A stretch of DNA of 63,377 nucleotides, filler included, from Bigelowiella natans CCMP2755 (taxonomy: Eukaryota; Protista; Cercozoa): assembly GCA_000320545.1 (NCBI GenBank). It is 8 parts of 8 records of this genome, joined end to end, with 100 filler letters (N's around TTAATTAATTAA, not from the genome) between each part and the next. Parts side by side here need not be neighbours in the genome. Positions count along the whole stretch, not along the records: positions 25,227 to 44,208 come from ADNK01000569.1; 7 more parts are not named here. One strand, given 5' to 3'. The notes beneath the pieces were generated by a model that saw nothing but the letters and a program-made list of their open reading frames with translations, searched no databases and was not told the DNA's origin. Below, piece after piece: positions 25,268-36,201 of this stretch. Numbering within the stretch: position 1 is the first letter of the stretch; every line of letters starts with the position of its first letter. Made by a program: the position numbers and the translations under genes.

Positions 25268-28200
25268 ATGCGCCTAGAAAAATTAGGGGGGATCATATCA
25301 TTCTACAATCACAAGATATACTTTGCTAAGTTGCCAAAGAAGTCAGGCAGGACCATCAGCCAGAACATGATACGGCTTGACGAGTGGACCTCTGAGTCAA
25401 GCGTTAATGCGTTAGAGTTTATGGACCTAGCGGACAACAAGCTACCTACACCTACCGAGCTACGGAAGAAGAACCCCGGCAAGACCATCCGACAGATAAC
25501 GGAGCTACTGGACAAGACCCCCCCAGCTGATGATTGGGATATCGACAAAGGCAAAAAGTACATTAATAAAATATTAAACGAGAAGTACTCTGACATCACC
25601 AAGCCGACGACGAAGCCCTCCAGCAAGCTTACCCCAGTAAAGATCGAGCTAAAGAAGGGATACGAAGAGTGCATCATCAATGACCCAGAACATAGGCGAC
25701 CGGAAGCGGACTGGGAAAAGATAGAGTGGCAGATCAATGAATGGGCAAAGGAAGGGAAGATAGAGCCAAGCAACTCACCATGGAACGTGAGACATGTGCT
25801 AGCTAAGAAACCTACTTACCCTTTCTTCCGCCTGGCGCACAACTTCATCCGCCACAACCGAGTAATAAAGAGGATCCAGACACCTACACCAAGGATAGAT
25901 GACGTTATTGAACACGTCATAGGATACAAATACTACTCTTCCCTAGATAAAAATGAATCATACATGCAGACACCCATCCACAAAACCTCCCGCCCCATTA
26001 CCGCGTTCTCCAGCAGGCACAGGAAGTGGCACTTCGTCGTATTCCCTTACGGCCTAAGCATATCAGGGGATGCGTTCAGTAGTCAGAACTACAGGGCATA
26101 CACACATGATGGGATGGCGTCTGTGTTGTGGGTGTTTGTGTTTGTGTATGTGGATGATGACATAATATGTACCAACACAGTCGTCGCTCAGATCTTCCTC
26201 CTGGAAAATATATTTATTAGGTTTGCACACTTCGGTTTTACTATTAGACTGCAGAAGTGTACATTCCTAGCTACAAGAATCAAGTGGTGTGGATATTACC
26301 TGGAGCAAGGCCGCATCACCCCAAACCCCGAGAAAGTAGCAGCACTACAGCAAGCCCCTAAACCTAAGAATGCAAAGGAGTTAAAGTCATTCTTGCAGAC
26401 TGCAGCTTGGATACTACGTAGGTTCTCCCCTACCTACGCTAGGACTGCAGCTGCTTTTACTACTGCTTACCGGAAGGAGAACTCTGTAGGCCTCAGCTTC
26501 GCTAAGGTGTGGGCCAAGGCTGGCCTTGATGCCCACTTCGATAACCTAATAAAGTTATGCAGCAACACCCTATTGAATGCTAAGCTAGACACTACTAGAC
26601 CAGCTACCCTATGGACAGACTGGTCTAAGCTAGGTATGGCTGCTGTACTTACCCAAGACCAGCAGATCATACGGGTGTGGGGCAGGGCCTGCACAGCAGC
26701 TGAGGCCAAGTACAGCCCTACAAAAGGAGAGTATAAAGCCATGACTGAGGCGCAGAGGAAACTAAGATACTACCTGCTGTCGGTGCCCAGCTTCACCTTA
26801 ATGACTGACCACAAGCCCCTCCTAGGCATCGACCGCAAGCTCGAAGCGCCTAACGATGAGTATGCAGCTATGAGGGCGGACACGGAAGAGTTTAGGGACA
26901 AGAGGACAGTGGTCTACGCACCAGGAGACAAGCAGCTTGCTGACTATTTCAGCAGGCTGTTCGAAAAGAAAGTCCCTACCCAGGTCACCCCTATGGTTAA
27001 CGCGATTACCTTCGAGGACGGCGACTTCCTGCCTGAGCCAGAGGAGCTCCAGCACCTTCAAGAACACCTGGATAAATACAAACACAAGCATGAGGTACTT
27101 AGTGATAGGATATATGTATACACTAATAATGTTAGGCGTACCTACGTGCCACGGCGGACCAGGGGAGCCCTTCTCTTTACCGCCCATGGACCTGCACACG
27201 TAGGAGAAAACCATATCACTGCTCTACTCTACCATTACTACTGGCCCTACAAGCTAAAAGAGATAAGGACATACCTGCGTGGCTGCAGGTGCTCCAGCTT
27301 GAAGGCGGCAGGCGTCGCCACCAAGGAGTCCAGCAAGAGCCGTGCATCTAAGAAAATCAAAGCAAGGAACTTCTTAGATATCGTGCAAATTGATGTTTAT
27401 AAGTACGATGGCTATCACTACCTTACCTTCGTTGATGTGGCCACTGGAAAGTGCTGGGTTAAAAAGATTATCAAGGTCAACGTTGCTAAGAAGAACAAAG
27501 GCTTATATAAGCAGAGGCTTACTAACTGCTACCGTACCTGGGAGTCTGAGCTCCAGGCTATCCCTGATGAAGTTAGCATAAACAAGATACCAAAGAAGTT
27601 ACATGTGGATAATGAGACCTCTCTTCTACAGCTACCACACCCTAATATTGATGCCTCACCTGTATACTATGCCCAGTCCAACTCCAAGGTAGAGCGACTC
27701 CACCGCACCTTGGCCAACCTAAGCAGGATAAATAGCACCACACCAGACAAGATACAAGGGTTAGTAAACGACACCTTCACGTCTGGGGGAGGTATCAAGG
27801 ATAAGGAGAGGGAAGAAGGCGACGACAACGACGACGATACCGAGAGCGAAGACGAGAAGGTCCCGTACGATGGCCGAGTTCTAAAGGAAGGACAGTATGT
27901 TAGGGCCAAGGTAAATCTGAGATCGAGAAATAAACAAGACCCCTTCTGGGGTGGCGTTGCAAAGGTTACCGAGAGGAAGGGGAGGAAGCAGTACTACATC
28001 TATGATGGGAACAGGGTCACCTTGCGCCACATCAGTCACCTAAAGAATTATGATATCGGTGAGAAGCTCCTAGAGGATGTTAAAGTAAACCCTACTGTGT
28101 GGGAGCGAGCAATGCCTTGTTTAGGACCCCGACCTAAGTTCGATGTGGAATATGGAAACAATAAGGTCAGGGTGAACGACGATTGGCGCATGAAGATTGT

Positions 28201-28456
28201 CTATCTAGGCTACCCTGGATTACGAAATATGGAGAGGGTAGCTATGAAAATAAAGGACGGAAAATATCAGCTACTCTACCTAGCTGTTCCCGACTTACCC
28301 TTTGAGCACTGGTATAAGGTCCTGGGGGACCTTGATGCAGAGGGCTGGTATGGACACGAACCTAAGGACGAAGGTGAGTTCTGGGTAAGCGACAAAGGAG
28401 ATAAGGTTAGAGAGGAATCTATTACCTGGTGGTTGGTGAAGTTCCGAAAGCGATGA
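25268..28456 (+). CDS. pol: Gypsy Pol: reverse transcriptase, RNase H, integrase (HHCC-like, DDE, SH3-like) plus a C-terminal Dam-like methyltransferase-like domain
   Basis: RT: SPWN, LD, PYGL, YVDD, LQKCTF. RNase H: TDWS..TKGEY..TDHKPL. INT: HGPAHVG..YYWP..CRC, QID, VDVAT, VDNE, SNSKVERLHRTL. Confidence 0.9.
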   Translation: MRLEKLGGIISFYNHKIYFAKLPKKSGRTISQNMIRLDEWTSESSVNALEFMDLADNKLPTPTELRKKNPGKTIRQITELLDKTPPADDWDIDKGKKYINKILNEKYSDITKPTTKPSSKLTPVKIELKKGYEECIINDPEHRRPEADWEKIEWQINEWAKEGKIEPSNSPWNVRHVLAKKPTYPFFRLAHNFIRHNRVIKRIQTPTPRIDDVIEHVIGYKYYSSLDKNESYMQTPIHKTSRPITAFSSRHRKWHFVVFPYGLSISGDAFSSQNYRAYTHDGMASVLWVFVFVYVDDDIICTNTVVAQIFLLENIFIRFAHFGFTIRLQKCTFLATRIKWCGYYLEQGRITPNPEKVAALQQAPKPKNAKELKSFLQTAAWILRRFSPTYARTAAAFTTAYRKENSVGLSFAKVWAKAGLDAHFDNLIKLCSNTLLNAKLDTTRPATLWTDWSKLGMAAVLTQDQQIIRVWGRACTAAEAKYSPTKGEYKAMTEAQRKLRYYLLSVPSFTLMTDHKPLLGIDRKLEAPNDEYAAMRADTEEFRDKRTVVYAPGDKQLADYFSRLFEKKVPTQVTPMVNAITFEDGDFLPEPEELQHLQEHLDKYKHKHEVLSDRIYVYTNNVRRTYVPRRTRGALLFTAHGPAHVGENHITALLYHYYWPYKLKEIRTYLRGCRCSSLKAAGVATKESSKSRASKKIKARNFLDIVQIDVYKYDGYHYLTFVDVATGKCWVKKIIKVNVAKKNKGLYKQRLTNCYRTWESELQAIPDEVSINKIPKKLHVDNETSLLQLPHPNIDASPVYYAQSNSKVERLHRTLANLSRINSTTPDKIQGLVNDTFTSGGGIKDKEREEGDDNDDDTESEDEKVPYDGRVLKEGQYVRAKVNLRSRNKQDPFWGGVAKVTERKGRKQYYIYDGNRVTLRHISHLKNYDIGEKLLEDVKVNPTVWERAMPCLGPRPKFDVEYGNNKVRVNDDWRMKIVYLGYPGLRNMERVAMKIKDGKYQLLYLAVPDLPFEHWYKVLGDLDAEGWYGHEPKDEGEFWVSDKGDKVREESITWWLVKFRKR

Positions 28457-28507
28457 AGGTCTAAGGGAATAAGGAAGGAAGGAAGGAGCAACGTGACTTG
28501 GGGGAGG

Positions 28508-28819
28508 TGTAGCGCGTACCACTACGCGGGCACAAGTCACGTGCGACAACAAAGGGGTTGTCGCGGATATAGAATATAGATAACGTAGATATTAATACAG
28601 CATAGGCACGTGGGTTCCGGCGGGACTCATGGCAGCACACCGGAAGTGTGCTGCCCCACGTGCGGCGGCATTCGCGAAAGCTTCGCGAATGATTACGCAG
28701 TGCACGATTTAATAAAAATATAATCTTTAATAAAAATAAACACAACTCTTCAAAAGGAAGCAAACGTGCCTTTCCCCCCCCCTGCCTACTTGTGCACGTA
28801 GCGCCTCGGCCTGTGAACA
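28508..28819 (+). repeat. Putative 3' LTR (~310 bp; right boundary inferred)
   Basis: Starts TGT immediately after the PPT-like GGGGGAGG and plausibly ends ACA at 28819. Contains an AT-rich TATA-like stretch (~28566-28600) and AATAAA signals (~28711-28740). There is no second copy in the window to confirm it. Confidence 0.5.
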
Positions 28820-29430
28820 CCTTACGCGCAACATGCAGGGAAACATGGCTGGCAAGGCCAAAAGGTGTGCTTTTCGCGTCCGTGGACTTTGACTTGGTCG
28901 CCTGCAACATCGCCCGGTGGTGCGAGCAATGAGTTCGCGCAGTTCAACTGGAGCACGACAAAAAGTGGAAGCAGTGAGCGTCGCGCTGGTGCGCCGCCAC
29001 GCAAGCCGTCAATGCCCACACACTTCTTTCAAAACGCATTGTTGGGTTGTGATTGTTTGCCCACACAAAAAGTCGTCAAAACCAGTCACGTGCTAGCGTG
29101 GCGACTTTGTTCTCCGTGGCCAGGTTCAAGGCTCAAAAACTGGCATGTTTTTGCAGGGTGACGAGGATGTTCCGCACGCAAGGGATTCTTCAACTGCGGC
29201 AAGCACATCTGGAAGTCGCAGGATGATGATGTGCCGACTGCTGCTGCTTCTGCAAAAACACCAACTCCGGTGCAACATGTACTTGTCGAAGTTGCGCCTC
29301 AGAATTCCGCCTGCGACTTGCATTTCTTGACAAAAACAATTTGAACACAGGCGGTTCCCTCACCTTCTTCATCTGACTGCCATTGAAGCGAAAGAACCAT
29401 CAACACCAAACTTTCCTCCCCCCGTGCACC

Positions 29431-32400
29431 ATGACCAAGCTTGCATTTGCCGCATTGGCAATTTTTGTGGCAGGGTAATCTAGCATGTAGAATCAAGAAC
29501 AGACGCTAGAACAGTGCGAATGCACAACGCTGAACGAGATGTTGCGACCCTCGAATTTGCCCTTCTTGTCTAAATCATTCGGTCATAACAATGTGTCAGA
29601 TTTGTTGCGGGCCATCAAGAAAGGCAATGATCCACAGTCAATTAATGGAACAGAAAGTATGAAACTTCAACATGCTCTTTTATTGCAGGCTTCATCATGA
29701 GGAAAGTCACCGTGAATACATCACAGAAGAAGAGGTGATGATGTACCTCCGATAGGCCGTTTGAAAATTGTTCCTGATTCAAAACCACAATCAAAACTTC
29801 TATTCGCAGTCTAAAAACGTCAAGCAAATATATGAGGAATTCGGACTCAAATATAATGGACTCACGGTACGACGATGAGGCCACAAAGAAGGGTTGAGGT
29901 TATTGCACTAATTCCAAAACAATTAGGGAACTTCCAACTGCGTTTCTGGCAAACAGTGCGCTGCCCTTGTTGTGTACATGAGGTAAGAGTCGTGAGTGAT
30001 AGGTTATGTGTGCTAAACCTTTGCATTTTCTAGAACGAACGATCAGGACAAAACACAAATATTTAGAGAGGACAGCAAGGAGTACCTCCAGCGATCAACA
30101 TGCGGTATGCACATTGGCAGAATGATGCCAAAAAACTAAAGACTACCTCAATTTGTGTTCACAGGCACCCTGGCAAACGCGATGTACCATACTCATCAAT
30201 TTCCCCAGGAGTTCGGTACAGTCTTCCTCGCCCAGTTATGAATAACCCATCCAAATTAACAACCAAAACTGATGTTAGGTAGCAAATGGCGCTACGGAAT
30301 CGATGTCGTGTTTATGCATGACGAAAATATTCCAGTACCTCAACCTTTTAATATCAAAAATGGGCGTATTCAGAAATTATAATTTTCGAAGGAGCGGCAC
30401 CTGAATGTGATCCGGAGCTTTGGGGCTCGAACCCTCGCACTCTCTGACGACATCAAAAGGATGAGCTGCCGTGGTAGTACAAGTCTTTTATTCCTCTGAT
30501 TTTCTTTACTTTTCTAAGATGCATTTATTGCTTATTGTAGGCTATCTCAAGTCAAATTTTGAGAAGGCGCAAAAACTGGGATTGACACAAGAAAGGTGAG
30601 TCGTGAAGCTTGGGCTAGCTGTTTTTTGTTAACCAAAGCTCTTTGGGTATCAGTTGCAAGAAACCTTTCTCTGAAAAGTTTTTCCCTGGAGAGTTTCTCT
30701 CGATGATCGAGTCTCATTTGAAGGTATGCGGTTCGTAGCCGTGCTCGATTCTAGATGAACAATATGAAACTCTTGACTTCGGTAACTTTTGCCCCTATGC
30801 GTGCATCATCTCTTAAGCTTGCAGCTGTCGGACTGGCAGACTACGATGCCGTAGTGCACATAGAACCGACAACCTTCGTCCGAAGCACAAAGAGTGAGTA
30901 AATTCCTTTGGTCCCCAAATGCTCCGTATCCAAGCGGATTAGTTCTTCATTTCTTCCCACATGATCCGTATCGCTCTCAGAATTATTGTGGAAGTTGGAT
31001 GTTCTTTTCGGGCACCCTGCTATAGAGTTTATAGGAGAAACAGCAGATGGAAGGCCACACAGTCACTCCTCGTGGTCATTTGGCGCCCTCACCTGCTTTG
31101 AAGTCTCAATGTTTATACTAAATATCTCCCCTCTGTGTTGTTGTGTATAGGATAGCACGTCCATCCTTGCAAGCAGTCCAAATATGGCTGGAAGATCTCG
31201 AGGTAGTAGTAATATCGGTAGAAGTAAAAACGGCCATCCATATCAGTGGCGCGTCTACGTTCTTCACACATTGAGATGGAACATATGACAATAAAAAAAA
31301 GGCTGGGTTCAACCCACACCACGGCTGGAGCAACGCTACGTCGGACACAAGCCTTCTTTCCCACAATGACGGCTGGGGATTCCAAGGTTGCCCCACTTAT
31401 AAGCCAGCACATTCTCCCGTTTCAGATATCCAACTTCGAGCAATTTTCAGGGTCTGATGGTGTGCGAGGACTCTTATATCATGTTTTCACCTTAAAGCTT
31501 GGGGCGGGGAAGCACCCAGCTGGTATTCTATAAACCTATCGTAAAGGTTGTGTTGCCTGAAGCTAACAATGTTATAATTAAACCCCTCCAGCAGCAAAAC
31601 GCATCCATACCGACTCCAAGGTTTGTCAAGATTTCTCTCATGGAAAGCCTTCCAATCCTCTTGCATGAGACTGAAACATCCTATCCGATAATAGGATATA
31701 ATAACGGAGGCGAATGGAATTGAGGTTAAGATAGATAAGGAGGAAAATCCTGGAACTTCTCTGCTCCTAAAACTGATGTTGGATGCCTATTTCAGGCCTA
31801 TGGTATTCGGCCGTGGGATTTGAACCCCTGTGGAGATAAACTGTACCTTCACATCATGATGATGATGATGATCATCATCGTCATCATCGACATCACCATC
31901 ACCACCAATTCACTGTTACAACGTCTTTCCTTTGGTTGATATGGCATGATTCGTGTAGTCTGCTAGCGAACATCATTCGATTCCCTGAGTTGCAACCGTT
32001 TTAGCCGCGCAAAGGATATGGGCTACGACGACCGAATGAAAGTCCGCAGACTGACTTCACTTCTTGCGGAACTACTCGTGATGTCAGATCTCAAAAGAGA
32101 ATCTTTGGATGATGAGGTATGTGGATGAAACTGGCTTATACCAAATGCAAAGCATAGATAGGCCATCAAATTGTGCTCCGATTACACATACGTTGTGATA
32201 TATGTATGTATGTATATATATATATATATATATATATGGACAGAGCGATTTCTTAGTAAGTTACTGCCTTCCAATAATCAAGAGGAACGAAGATCACTGC
32301 ATTCAGGTGACAACTGAATTATTTGGAATTGCACTAATGTGTGTAATATCATAAAATACTATCCTCCTATTTTGCCTAGGTCAATCAGCAAATTGACCTT

Positions 32401-32451
32401 GCACGAAAAGCGCACATTGGTGCTTGGGCTAATAAAAATGGGGAAAAGTAA
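29431..32451 (+). CDS. GT8-like (nucleotide-diphospho-sugar transferase fold) protein with an N-terminal hydrophobic anchor; many short introns
   Basis: Spliced MTKLAFAALAIFVAG..., KQCAALVVYM, GTLANAMYHTHQFPQEFG|SKWRYGIDVVF, HLK|LAAVGLADYDAVVHIEPTTFV, GTYDNKKKAGFNPHHGWS, DGVRGLLYHVF, RPWDLNPC, ending ...AWANKNGEK* at 32451. Family assigned from remembered motifs. Confidence 0.55.
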
Positions 32452-32459
32452 GGATTCGT

Positions 32460-33290
32460 AATTAAAATTCGAACAACTAGATGACGATAATAAAAGATAC
32501 AAAAGCAAACTTTCATTATCATGCATACGTATGTAAAGAAGTCTCTCTCCCGTGCATCGGTAACGACAACTGTTAACTTGTTTTAGCGGATTAACTAATG
32601 CTCATTTAGAACTTAAGATCATTCGAATCATGAATCCATGCACCGCACCATGCGCGTATTGGTTTAGTGTCTGCTGCATGTCTAGCTAGCTAGGTGTGAT
32701 GCACCTGCATGCAACGCTAGAACATGCACTGCGGCGCACACACTCTAGATGGAAGAACGAGGCACATAGACATGTGTAGTAGGTCGCAACGAGTTGTCAT
32801 TAGAGGCCTACTGTCAGCTACGATGTTTCAAATCTGCATCTGATGTGATTCTGTAATGATGTGATGATCCTTGTACGTACATACAAGCCTGTTACACATC
32901 TAGACATGTAGACATCGCATGCATGTACTGAGCATGAAAGGTAGCGCAATGTCTGGATCTAGAGATGTAGCATTGCTTGTAGTTGTGTGATTCTGAACTC
33001 TTCGATTCAGATGTATCCGTACCTAATGGAAAATATCAGAGTCATCTAGTCATTGCGGCGCTCTTACTTCGATCGTTATCAACCGCCACGTCACATTGTT
33101 CCTACGATCTTAAAATTTTGAAATCATTTCCATGCCCACAGTTCGTTTTCAGGTGATGATGCATTGTGTTTGTCTCACATTTTGAGAAAATTGTAGGCAT
33201 TGCTAGGGGCGAAGGTGATACGCCTGATAAAATATATTCTTCGATCAACAAATAACGACAACGATTTGTAATGCACATGCAAACCATGGT
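32460..33290. other. CTAG/TGCA/CATG-rich spacer between convergent genes
   Basis: (CTAG)3 at 32682-32693; many CATG/TGCA/CTAG words. Confidence 0.55.
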
Positions 33291-33393
33291 ATCAGATAGA
33301 ATCTTTAAAATGTCTTATTAAGAACATACTCACGAAGAGATGCATATTATTTCTTATCCGTTGAATTGATGTACACACACACAAACGTGATGA

Positions 33394-33446
<53 letters not shown>

Positions 33447-33450
33447 CCTC

Positions 33451-34380
33451 TTATTTTGGAATGGTTTCTATCATCTAAAGAAGTCGTCGTCGTCGTTGTT
33501 GTTGTTGTTGTTTATTTCATCATCAAACCAATGTTTCCGTCTCCACGTCTACTATGTAGCCTCTGCACAGCCAGAAAAAATTAGAGCGTCAGTAGCGGCG
33601 GCGAACAAACAACAACTTGCCACTCTAAGTTGTTTGAGTATTATCATGAAGACGATATGTTTCGAGACGTTTTGCCGGCCTTCGGTTCCGAGAAGGCGAA
33701 GGAAACATTATTTTCAGGAGAAACCGCACTCTCTCCTCATCGCTCACTCGCACGCTCACTTACCCTTGCGCCGAATGAGAGCTCACACCCGTACACTCTC
33801 CCCAATAGAGACAACTGACCACCTTTGGTGGGTGGGAAGAAGAAGAAGAACCCAAGGCAAAAGAAGAAGACGTAGAAAAGGGGGAAGGGGGGGGAAAGGG
33901 GGGGGGGGGGAGATCTGCTGTCATATGGAAGAAGACGAGAAGTGAGACGAAGGGCGCAAGAACTACTCGATACCTTCGGTCCTTTTGGCGTGTCTATCGT
34001 CACAATATCGACGCTGTGCACTCCAAGCTTTGGCAGCGGTCGGACCTGGGAACGGAGCGAGAGTAAGATTTCACCATTGTTGTAAGCTGCTTTAGTGGCA
34101 GCAAGAATCGTGGTTGTAGAGGTGGTAGTAGTAGTAGATGTTTCTCGTAGCTATTTCTCATAGGAAAACAGGAAAAGAGCACGCCGGCCGCCTGGGCGGC
34201 TGTTCCTTATTCTATCGTCCCACTCCTCTTCGCGCCATTGGTATTAATGCTTCGCGCCTCTTGTTTCAACTGCTGCTGCTGCTGCGTATGGCCACCACCA
34301 TCACCACCACTACTACCATATGTGCAACAACCTACCCATTCTAAGAACAACGTCGTCTTTCCTTGCCACTTTGCCTCTTC

Positions 34381-34415
<35 letters not shown>

Positions 34416-34617
34416 TGTACCCCAGAAGCAGCAGCAAGTGAGGGAAATGGGTCGTATCCCTAACCTTCCTTGTGCCCCAATCTCCCCCACTCCCCCCCCC
34501 TTCTATCTTTCTAGTCTATAGTACAATCGCGAGTTTTTCAAGGGACTCTTTCGATTCGAAGTCTTTGCCTGGTGGAAGAGGAAAGGTAGGGGCATGAGAG
34601 CTGTTTGAAATGAAGTA

Positions 34618-34697
<80 letters not shown>

Positions 34698-34844
34698 GCA
34701 CAAACACACACAAGCACAAACACAAACACGCACCATATTCGAGAAATCGATCTCCAATTCCAAGGTAGCTATCCACAATCTGATTCAGCATTAACATGTA
34801 AATATAAGGTAGCTATCCACAATCAGATTTAGCACTAACACGTT

Positions 34845-34897
<53 letters not shown>

Positions 34898-35485
34898 CCG
34901 TGTGTATAATAGTGTATAATATTATATATGTGTATATATTATACATACTATCTTCGTCACTATGAGATCCACATGCTGCTCCCCTCGGGTGCATCTACGA
35001 CAACTACTACTCCTCCTCTTCCTACTCCTCCTCCTCCTGCCGCTGTTGCTGCTACTTTTACCTTTGCAACGATATCCTTGCCCGTGATACTTTGCGGTCC
35101 CGTGAGAGCGAGCTTGTTGGATTCCCACCGCCCAAATTCGTACGGTACTCGAATCTTACTTGTTCCCATCACTCCTCTCCAGAAATCTTTGTCTAATGAT
35201 GCGTAGGAGGGAGGATGAATATGGGGATGGTGAGAGTGCAGCGCAGGGGGCATGCATGTTTGGGGCTCTGTGGTAGGAAGCGCAAAAACCTTGCAAATTC
35301 CTCCGAAAAACATAGGAAACAACGATGGATCATCATCTTGGCAAATATTACCGGTAAGCCGGTCATAGAGCGAGTGCTCCACGGCTAGATCAATTTCAGA
35401 CTAACGATTGTTAAGGATGTTAAGGAGGTGCCGTTCACTATCTAGGAAGCGAGTCCACGACCAACTAACCCCCCTTCCCCATCCG

Positions 35486-35518
<33 letters not shown>

Positions 35519-36201
35519 TTCTCCTTCTCCACATCCTACTCACGCCAAACGCCTGTGATTCTACGTCGTAAGATACCTTCGAACACATGAGGAAAACTCC
35601 AACCATCTGGGATAGGTCAAGGTATGAGTCCCATAACAGAGTCGATAGGCGGCCTGAATAGTAATTCAGCATATCACAGCTTAGCTCAAAGGCGTTGCTC
35701 TCGCTGTGCTGCTTATCATGTGCTACTACCTTCGGGACTAAGGAAGAAGACACGGCCTGGGCCTGCCATCATCCAGTCAGCTTCAACCTTAAACTGAATA
35801 AGAAATTTAAAATGATAAATGAAAATCGTATCGTACTTCGTACAGTCAGTGACACAACGCGCAGGAAGATCGAATCGTTTCCGCACTAGTTTCACTACCA
35901 AGTAAGGCTTTATTCTTTTCCAAGCCGACCACACCATGACAGTAGCTGGGAAAGCGAGGTAGGTGGATGAGGCGACCAAGGCTGTCAAAGGTCCATGCCA
36001 GGTCCGATTCCATGCCCACACATGCTTGAAGAACGAGAATGGATGCGTAAGAGCGAAGTAGTAGTAGAGGCATGCAGTCGTGGCAAAACGCCCCCCAGTA
36101 TCTGCTAATCCAAACCAGCTCCTCTCTGGAAGTGACGTGCTAACATCGTACAGCTTTCCTGCCGTCAGCACACCGGATTGGTCCTCTTTCGAGTCGGCCA
36201 T
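33451..36201 (-). CDS. Hypothetical protein with N-terminal hydrophobic segments and a possible ATP-grasp-like C-terminal region
   Basis: Long first exon from ATG 36201 (MADSKEDQ...GRVFFLSPEG). Later exons: DKDFWRGVMG..GKDIVAK, IVDSYLGIGDRFLEY|GKDF, QVRPLPKLGVHSVDIVTIDTPKGPK|VVSCLYW(G)ECTGVSSHSAQG|GYIVDVETETL. One 1-nt homopolymer correction needed; 3' end uncertain. Confidence 0.6.

Larger units (their letters stand above)
25227..28819 (+). mobile_element. Ty3/gypsy-type LTR retrotransposon, 3' part (pol, PPT and putative 3' LTR); gag, protease and 5' LTR lost in the gap
   Basis: Intronless 1062-aa ORF with domain order RT-RNaseH-INT (the gypsy order). A purine tract (28465-28507) is followed by TGTAG. 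Confidence 0.9.

Noticed and set aside
31808-31832. tRNA B-box-like GGTTCAAATCCC on the minus strand (similar GGTTCGAGCCC near 30422)
   Set aside because: No cloverleaf or A-box; both lie in plus-strand coding exons of the GT8-like gene.
33796-33807. Frameshift suggesting a pseudogene or programmed frameshifting
   Set aside because: Adding one G to a GGG run restores an open exon (YWGECTGVSSHS); consistent with sequencing error.
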